Origin: Oscillospiraceae bacterium
GTDB taxonomy: Bacteria; Bacillota; Clostridia; Oscillospirales; Acutalibacteraceae
Assembly: GCA_019422905.1 (NCBI GenBank)
Contig: JAHZCM010000003.1
Location: 1-47,905 of the forward strand
Reading direction: 5' to 3'
DNA: 47,905 nucleotides
Part shown: positions 42,167-47,905 of the stretch, one piece after another
Numbering within the stretch: the stretch's first letter is position 1
Layout: every line of letters begins with the position of its first letter
Translations under genes and position numbers: made by a program
Notes under the pieces: model-generated
Database searches by the model: none
Seen by the model: only the letters and a program-made list of their open reading frames with translations
Told to the model about the DNA's origin: nothing

Positions 42167-43447
42167 ATGAAAAAGTATGATGAACAGCGCGCCTTTGCGC
42201 TGCTGGATAAGATCGGCTTCACACGCATTGCCGGTTCTCCGGAGGAGCTGAAAGCGGCGGAGCTGCTGAAGGCGGAGTGCGAGAGCTTCGGCCTGCGCGC
42301 GGAAATCGAGCCCTTTGAAATCGAGCTGGCGGAGGTCGAGGCGCAGTTTGAGATTCTGGAGCCGTACCGCAAAAGCTATACGGTGCGCGGCTACCAGTGC
42401 GCGCAGAGCACGGCTCCGGAGGGCCTCACGGCGGAGTTTGTCTATGTCGAGAACGCGCTGCCGGCGAATCTCGCGCATGTGCGCGGCAAAATCGTGCTGG
42501 TCAACGGGATGCTGCGCGTGCCGCTGTACCGCAGCCTGATGGAGGCCGGCGCGGCGGGCGTCGTCACGATGGACGGCTCCCTGCGCGACAAGCTGGATGA
42601 AACCGACCTGCACCAGCGCAAGCTGCGCGAGGCGCTGCGTGCGTTCGGCAATGTCCCGGCGGTGCAGCTGCGCGTCTGCGACGCGATGGAGATCGTGCGG
42701 GAGGGCGCGACGCTTGCGAAGATCACGCTGAAAAACGAAGACGTGAGGTACACCTCGCACAACGTCGTTGCACAGATCAAGGGCACGGAGTATCCGGAGG
42801 AAATCGTTTCCTTCGGCGCGCATTACGATTCCGTGGAGTTCTCCAAGGGCGTATTCGACAACGGCGCCGGCTCCGTCATCAATATGGAAATGGCGCGCTG
42901 GTATATGGAAAATCCGCCCAAGCGCACCGTGAAATTCTGCTGGTACGGCAGCGAGGAGATCGGCCTCGAGGGCAGCCGCGCGTTTGTGCGCGACCACAAG
43001 GACGAGCTGAAGGATCATGTTTTTATGATCAATGTGGACGTGGGCGGCCCGGTGCTCGGCTACGATGTGGCGGCGGTCATGGCGGGCGAAGACCTCCTGC
43101 ATTTTACGGATTACCTCTTCAAGATCAAGGGCCTTCCGGCGACGGTAAAGCAGAGAATCTATTCGTCGGATTCCATCCCGTTTGCGGACAACGGCATCCC
43201 GGCGATCAATTTCTCGCGCGACGGCGCTCAGGGAGCGTCGTTCATCCACAACCGTTTTGACACGATGGCGTTCCTTTCGGCGCAGGCGCTCGGCAAAACG
43301 CTCGCGCTCGTCGTGGAATTCGCGGACACGGTCATCAACGCTGAGGTGTTCCCGATAGAGCGCAAAATCCCGGATAACATCCGCGAGGACGTGGACAACT
43401 ACCTGTATAAAAAGGAGCTTGCGCAGGCGGCGGAGCGTGCGAAATGA
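42167..43447 (+). CDS. M28 family aminopeptidase with PA domain
   Basis: GAHYDS, DNGAG, SEEIGLEGS, NVD, SDSIPF, IHNRFD. Confidence 0.85.
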   Translation: MKKYDEQRAFALLDKIGFTRIAGSPEELKAAELLKAECESFGLRAEIEPFEIELAEVEAQFEILEPYRKSYTVRGYQCAQSTAPEGLTAEFVYVENALPANLAHVRGKIVLVNGMLRVPLYRSLMEAGAAGVVTMDGSLRDKLDETDLHQRKLREALRAFGNVPAVQLRVCDAMEIVREGATLAKITLKNEDVRYTSHNVVAQIKGTEYPEEIVSFGAHYDSVEFSKGVFDNGAGSVINMEMARWYMENPPKRTVKFCWYGSEEIGLEGSRAFVRDHKDELKDHVFMINVDVGGPVLGYDVAAVMAGEDLLHFTDYLFKIKGLPATVKQRIYSSDSIPFADNGIPAINFSRDGAQGASFIHNRFDTMAFLSAQALGKTLALVVEFADTVINAEVFPIERKIPDNIREDVDNYLYKKELAQAAERAK

Positions 43448-44535
43448 GACGGTATGCAATCGCGGAAATTCCCCATCTCGTGCATGGTCGCACAGGCGGG
43501 GAAACGGATCCGCTGACGCTTTTCTGGACGGCCTCCGGGTTGGAGATCAACGTCCGCGCATCGGAGCTTTGGGTGGAAATCCACGCCGACTGGGCCGTAA
43601 ATGAGCCGTGGTTCAGCTTTGCCGTCAACGGCGAATTCATGAGCCGCCGCATGGCGGAGCGGGGAACGCACCGCGTCTGCGTGTTCCGCGGCATGAACCC
43701 GGACGCCGTGAAAAACGTCCGGATCCTCAAGGATACGCAGGCGATGAGCGGCGATCCGGAAAGTCTGATGCAGATCTGCGCGCTGGAAACGGACGGCAGC
43801 TTTGAGCCAGTGGAGCCGCGCGGGCTGAAGCTCGAATTTATCGGCGACAGCATCACGAGCGGCGAGGGAGACATCGGCGCGAAGGCAGAGGAGGATTGGA
43901 TATCGATGTTCTTTTCCGCCGAAAACAATTATGCGGTGATGACCGGACGGGCCATGGACGCGGATATCCGCGTGATCTCCCAGAGCGGCTGGGGCGTGGG
44001 CTGCGCGTGGAACAACGACCCGCACGGTGCGATTCCGCCGGTATACGAGGAGGTCGGCGGCCTGCTCGCTGGGGAGAGGAATGTGGCACGCGGCGCGCAC
44101 CGCCCGAACGACTTTGCCGCCTGGCAGCCGGACTATATTTTCGTCAATCTCGGCACAAACGATTGCGGCTCGTTCAATCAGCCGGCGTGGCAGGATGAGC
44201 GGACGGGAGAGACGTTCCAAAACCGAAAGGAACCGGACGGCAGCTTCAACACAGCAGATATCCGGCGCTTTCAGGAGCGGGTCAAGGCGTTTCTCCGCAC
44301 GCTGCGCCGCTGCAATCCGGAGGCGGAAATCGTCTGGATTTACGGCATGCTCGGCCTGGAGCTGGCGCCCGCTCTGGAAGCGGCGGTGGCCGAATACCGG
44401 GCGGAAACGGGCGACGCGCATGCCCGGTTCCTTCCGCTTACGGATGACCTCGCAAACCGTGGATGCCGGAACCATCCGGGCGTCGAAGCGCACCGCACGG
44501 CGGCAGCGGAGCTGATCCGCTTTTTAAAAGCATAA
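43444..44535 (+). CDS. SGNH/GDSL esterase (CE2-like)
   Basis: EFIGDSITSGEG, SQSGWG, NLGTND, HP near the C-terminus; 4-nt overlap with the peptidase gene. Confidence 0.82.
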   Translation: MRRYAIAEIPHLVHGRTGGETDPLTLFWTASGLEINVRASELWVEIHADWAVNEPWFSFAVNGEFMSRRMAERGTHRVCVFRGMNPDAVKNVRILKDTQAMSGDPESLMQICALETDGSFEPVEPRGLKLEFIGDSITSGEGDIGAKAEEDWISMFFSAENNYAVMTGRAMDADIRVISQSGWGVGCAWNNDPHGAIPPVYEEVGGLLAGERNVARGAHRPNDFAAWQPDYIFVNLGTNDCGSFNQPAWQDERTGETFQNRKEPDGSFNTADIRRFQERVKAFLRTLRRCNPEAEIVWIYGMLGLELAPALEAAVAEYRAETGDAHARFLPLTDDLANRGCRNHPGVEAHRTAAAELIRFLKA

Positions 44536-44550
44536 TGGAAAGACTTGTGG

Positions 44551-44578
44551 GCAGACCTGTTTTTGCGGGTCTGCTTTT
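44551..44578 (+). terminator. Intrinsic terminator after the SGNH gene
   Basis: GCAGACC...GGTCTGC-TTTT. Confidence 0.7.
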
Positions 44579-45131
44579 GCTTTGTTCCTGTCTGAAACCG
44601 GGCGCACTCGGTGTGCTTCCGGAAAAATTTTTCAGCACGATTGAAACGGAGATATGCATTTGTTGACAATAATTTTTGAGGGTGCGGAAAGGAAGGGCCG
44701 GCAGGCGGAAAAAAACAGCCAAAGCACAGGGAAAAAACGTGTAAGGCACAATGTTTTCCAAAGCACGAGATTTCGGGGAATATATATGCGTTTTTGAAAG
44801 AATATGGCCAGATTTTGAGGTGTAAAGGAAGCTGCTTTTACAGTCGAAAAATGAATTTTATTCGCAATAATATACGGACAAAAGAAATTATACCCCGAAA
44901 AATGGCTGAAAAACGAAAATCTGGCAGGAATAAATATTCATAAACTTGTAAAGCAAACTTAAGTTCGACTACAAAGAACTTGCAAAATTTTTGCAAAATG
45001 CACAGAGAGCTCGTCAACGAAATTTTAAAAATATCAAATAAATTTAACCGTAAACTGTTTAGAACTTGTTATGTAAATTTGTTTTTTATTCAGAATCTAG
45101 CAAAATGCACAAAAAAATGGCCAAAACAAAT

Positions 45132-45160
45132 TTGACAAACCGTCATTTTATCACTATACT
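45132..45160 (+). promoter_or_regulatory. Sigma-A promoter of the G5/3D gene
   Basis: TTGACA-17 bp-TATACT. Confidence 0.75.
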
Positions 45161-45288
45161 CACAATGACTTCGAAAAGTGCGCGAATTGGAGCCGCTTTT
45201 TGGGTCTGGAGGATGGACGGATGCACGGTGCAGATTGGGCACCGGGATCCGGGAAACGAGTTTTTTGACTTTTAGAAAGGGGCATATT

Positions 45289-46710
45289 ATGCGCCATGTA
45301 AGAAAGTCGCAGAATAAACGGATGCCGCGTTTTCTGATTATTGCTGTGCTGGTCGCGGTGATCTGCATTGGCTCCGTTGTGACCGTTATGGCCAACACGG
45401 TGGACATCACCGTGCAGGACGGAGATAAGACCTATGCATTCAGCATGCTCGGTGCGGATCCGGAAGAGATTCTGGCCCGCGCGCAGACAGAGGGCATGTC
45501 CCCGATTTCAGAAATTGATTCCTATGCGTTTTCGGAGGCGGACGGCCTCCTGACCGTTCAGCGGGCGGTGCGCGTCTCCATTGAAGCGGACGGCGCTGCG
45601 CAGACGGTCGTTGTCCCGAAGGGCTCGACGCTGCAGGAGGCGCTCGCGCAGGGCGGCATAGAACTGGGCGCGCGGGATGAGGTAGAGCCTGCGCTTGACA
45701 CGCCGCTGGAAGCGGATACGGTTGCGGTGGTTACGCGCTCGAGCCGTGTGTTTTTGGAGGCGGACGGCACGCGGCGCATGGTGGATCTTCTGGACGGCAC
45801 GGTGGCGGACGTTTTGCTGCAGGCGGGTGTTACGCTGGGCGCAGAGGATACCGTGACGCCGGCGATTGAGACGCCGCTGGAAAACGGCATGCGCATCCAT
45901 GTGGCGCGCTACATCCAGGTGACGGTCACGGCGGACGGCGAAACCGCTTCGCATAATGTGGCGGCAAAGAGTTTCGGCGAGGCGCTGGAGGGCGCGGGCG
46001 TTGTGCTCGGCGATGAGGACCGCATTCTTGTGGAGACGGAAGACGGAGAAAAGGCCGTAGAGGCTGAGGACTTCGTAGAGAGCGGCGCACAGATCCGCGT
46101 TGTGCGCATCCGCACGGAGGAGGTCACCGAGACGGAGACCGTTCCGTACAGGACGACCTACGAGGACAGCGATGAGATGTACGAGGGCGAAACCGAGACG
46201 AAGGTCGAGGGCGCCGAAGGTGAAAAGAAAGTAACCTACAAGATTACCTACGCGGACGGAGAGCAGGAAAGCCGAAAGCCGGTCCGGGAGGAAATCCTTG
46301 AAGAAGCGAAGGATGCGGTTGTGGTGCGCGGTACGATGCAGCGTGCCGACAGTGCCTCCGGCAGCGCAGGCAGCTTTGTGGACGCCTCGGGCAACACGGT
46401 TTCCTATGAGTACAGCTTATCCGGCTCCTGTACCGCCTATTACGCGGAGCCGGGCGCGGTCACTTCGATCGGCGCGACGCCGCAGGTCGGTTATGTGGCG
46501 GTCGATCCGAACCGGATTCCGTATGGCTCGTTGCTGTATATCACCTCGCCCTACGGCACATGGGATTACGGCTACTGCTACGCGATGGATACCGGCGGCG
46601 CGGCGATGGCGGGAGACATCGTGGCGGACCTCTATTACGATACGCTGGAGGACTGCTCGGCGTTTGGACGGCGCGATATGACTGTCTATGTCATTCGCTC
46701 CGGATGGTAA
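45289..46710 (+). CDS. YabE/RpfB-like cell-wall protein (DUF348 repeats, G5, 3D domain)
   Basis: N-terminal TM, repeated ADG...TV..L..AGV.LG..D.V.P units, G5 domain, 3D domain TAY...VAVDPNRIPYGS...AMDTGGA...ADLY. Confidence 0.87.
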   Translation: MRHVRKSQNKRMPRFLIIAVLVAVICIGSVVTVMANTVDITVQDGDKTYAFSMLGADPEEILARAQTEGMSPISEIDSYAFSEADGLLTVQRAVRVSIEADGAAQTVVVPKGSTLQEALAQGGIELGARDEVEPALDTPLEADTVAVVTRSSRVFLEADGTRRMVDLLDGTVADVLLQAGVTLGAEDTVTPAIETPLENGMRIHVARYIQVTVTADGETASHNVAAKSFGEALEGAGVVLGDEDRILVETEDGEKAVEAEDFVESGAQIRVVRIRTEEVTETETVPYRTTYEDSDEMYEGETETKVEGAEGEKKVTYKITYADGEQESRKPVREEILEEAKDAVVVRGTMQRADSASGSAGSFVDASGNTVSYEYSLSGSCTAYYAEPGAVTSIGATPQVGYVAVDPNRIPYGSLLYITSPYGTWDYGYCYAMDTGGAAMAGDIVADLYYDTLEDCSAFGRRDMTVYVIRSGW

Positions 46711-46734
46711 TCCCGATAAAGAATATATATAGAC

Positions 46735-46764
46735 GGCGGACGGCTTCGGCTGTCCGCCTTTTTT
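46735..46764 (+). terminator. Intrinsic terminator after the G5/3D gene
   Basis: GGCGGACGGC-TTCG-GCTGTCCGCC-TTTTTT. Confidence 0.85.
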
Positions 46765-46766
46765 CG

Positions 46767-46795
46767 TTGACAGTCGCCGTGAAATGCTGTACACT
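46767..46795 (+). promoter_or_regulatory. Sigma-A promoter of the downstream hypothetical gene
   Basis: TTGACA-17 bp-TACACT. Confidence 0.65.
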
Positions 46796-46821
46796 GAGGT
46801 TAAAAGACAGGGGGGATCGGC

Positions 46822-47322
46822 ATGAAGATGAGTCCGTCGGGCCGGAAAATTATCAGGCGGGTCTGCGTGGGCATCGTGCTGCTCGCGCTTGTTCTCTGGC
46901 TTGTGCCTCTGCCTCTGCCGTTTCATATTTCCCTCTCCGGCGTGCGGTTGGAGGGCAGTACGGCGGCGGAGCCCGCCGCGCTGGAGGCCAAGGGCTGGCG
47001 GCTGTGCCGGTTCCTGCGTAGGACGGAGCTGCGGGCGTCGTTTACGGTGGAGACGGCGCAGGGAACGAAAACCTACGAGCCGGTGGATTGCTTGTGGGAG
47101 CTGACGTTTCCGGACGGGCCGATCCGCCATGCGGACGGCGGCTGGTATGATCCCGCGTCAAGTGCAATTGAGATACTGCGCTTTGTGTACGGCGCCGACG
47201 GCACGACCGCCTTTTTCGAGGTCATGGACGATGGGCAGGATAAGCGGTTCGTGTTCTCCGCAGACGGGCGCGAGCCGGCGGAAACGATGGATTTCCTGCG
47301 CGTAGAGTCTGTAGATGCATAG
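46822..47322 (+). CDS. Hypothetical membrane-anchored or secreted protein
   Basis: 166 aa; basic N-terminus plus hydrophobic helix; AGGGGG RBS; own promoter and a downstream hairpin. Confidence 0.65.
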   Translation: MKMSPSGRKIIRRVCVGIVLLALVLWLVPLPLPFHISLSGVRLEGSTAAEPAALEAKGWRLCRFLRRTELRASFTVETAQGTKTYEPVDCLWELTFPDGPIRHADGGWYDPASSAIEILRFVYGADGTTAFFEVMDDGQDKRFVFSADGREPAETMDFLRVESVDA

Positions 47323-47476
47323 AAAGTGTGCGATAGAAAGAAAGACGGGGCGGTCGGGCCGGCCCGCTTTCTGCTTCGTCGGTTGTATGCCGCGGGGGTG
47401 AAAGCACAAGATACGGCGCAAATTGAAAAAAACGGAAAAAGCCGCAGAAAATCTGAAAAAATCTTTTCGAAAAGGC

Positions 47477-47505
47477 TTGCTTTTTCAGGGTTTGCCTGCT
47501 ATAAT
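47477..47505 (+). promoter_or_regulatory. Promoter of the S10 (rpsJ) operon
   Basis: TTGCTT-17 bp-TATAAT with extended TG. Confidence 0.7.
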
Positions 47506-47530
47506 AATCAAGCGTGACTGCGACAGATAT

Positions 47531-47603
47531 GCGATGAAGCGGGAGGTTGCGGCCGACACGGCCGGTTTTTCCGTGGAGTATGTCCGATTTTAAACCGGGC
47601 GAC
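47531..47603 (+). ncRNA. Firmicute rpsJ (S10) operon leader RNA core
   Basis: GCGATGAAGCGGGAGGTTGC-hairpin-TTTTTCCGTGGAG-TGTCCG...CGGGCGA resembles the conserved Bacillus/Clostridia rpsJ leader (recalled, not searched). Confidence 0.65.
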
Positions 47604-47867
47604 AACAATTGAAGCGAAGCGGCTCCCTGTGTGGAGTGGCGCGCGGAACCATGCGCTGATTTCTAAAGCGCAAAGGCCGGACAAGATGCGCTTTGATGGT
47701 TTTTTATGTGCAGGGTTTGTGTTTTACACCGGCCCGAACGAATCCCGGAATTCACGAAAGTGAATGTCCGGTTTTTCTATGGCTTCCGGAGAAACACCCG
47801 GAGCAGTGTTTGAAACATAAAGACCTGTACAGCCCGCCAACTTACAAAATTACAGGAGGCGATTTAC

Positions 47868-47905
47868 GTGGCAGTCAAAGAAAAGATCAGGATAAGAATT
47901 AAGGG
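47868..47905 (+). CDS. rpsJ: 30S ribosomal protein S10, 5' fragment cut by the window edge
   Basis: RBS AGGAGG, GTG start, MAVKEKIRIRIK(G). Confidence 0.85.
   Translation, partial: MAVKEKIRIRIK

Noticed and set aside
47693..47902. 69-aa ORF overlapping the rpsJ start
   Set aside because: No RBS, lies across a structured leader, and is out of frame with rpsJ.

Overview
Replication-origin region of a GC-rich Firmicute chromosome, most likely Clostridia (Oscillospirales-like, judged from gene order and protein style). The minus strand carries dnaA-oriC-dnaN-yaaA-recF-remB-(Zn-finger membrane protein)-gyrB-gyrA, then accessory hydrolase genes. The plus strand carries rpmH-rnpA-yidD-yidC-jag-mnmE-mnmG-rsmG, two GNAT genes (one on the minus strand), noc-parA-parB-serS, guaB, an oppABCDF operon, a GH3/M28/SGNH block, a G5/3D cell-wall protein and the start of rpsJ. 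Two MFS genes and a Zn-PLC-family gene lie on the minus strand. I saw no tRNA, rRNA, CRISPR array or transposase. The genes are mostly housekeeping and I found no clearly novel multi-gene system. The best signals are non-coding: a near-perfect Noc-binding site in the dnaA leader, an isolated DnaA-box cluster about 15 kb from oriC, a motif shared upstream of mnmE and mnmG, an extended structured rpsJ leader, a hairpin built from parS half-sites, and a start-less cupin in frame behind a GH5 stop codon. All calls come from reading the sequence and recalling protein families; no database search or folding computation was run.
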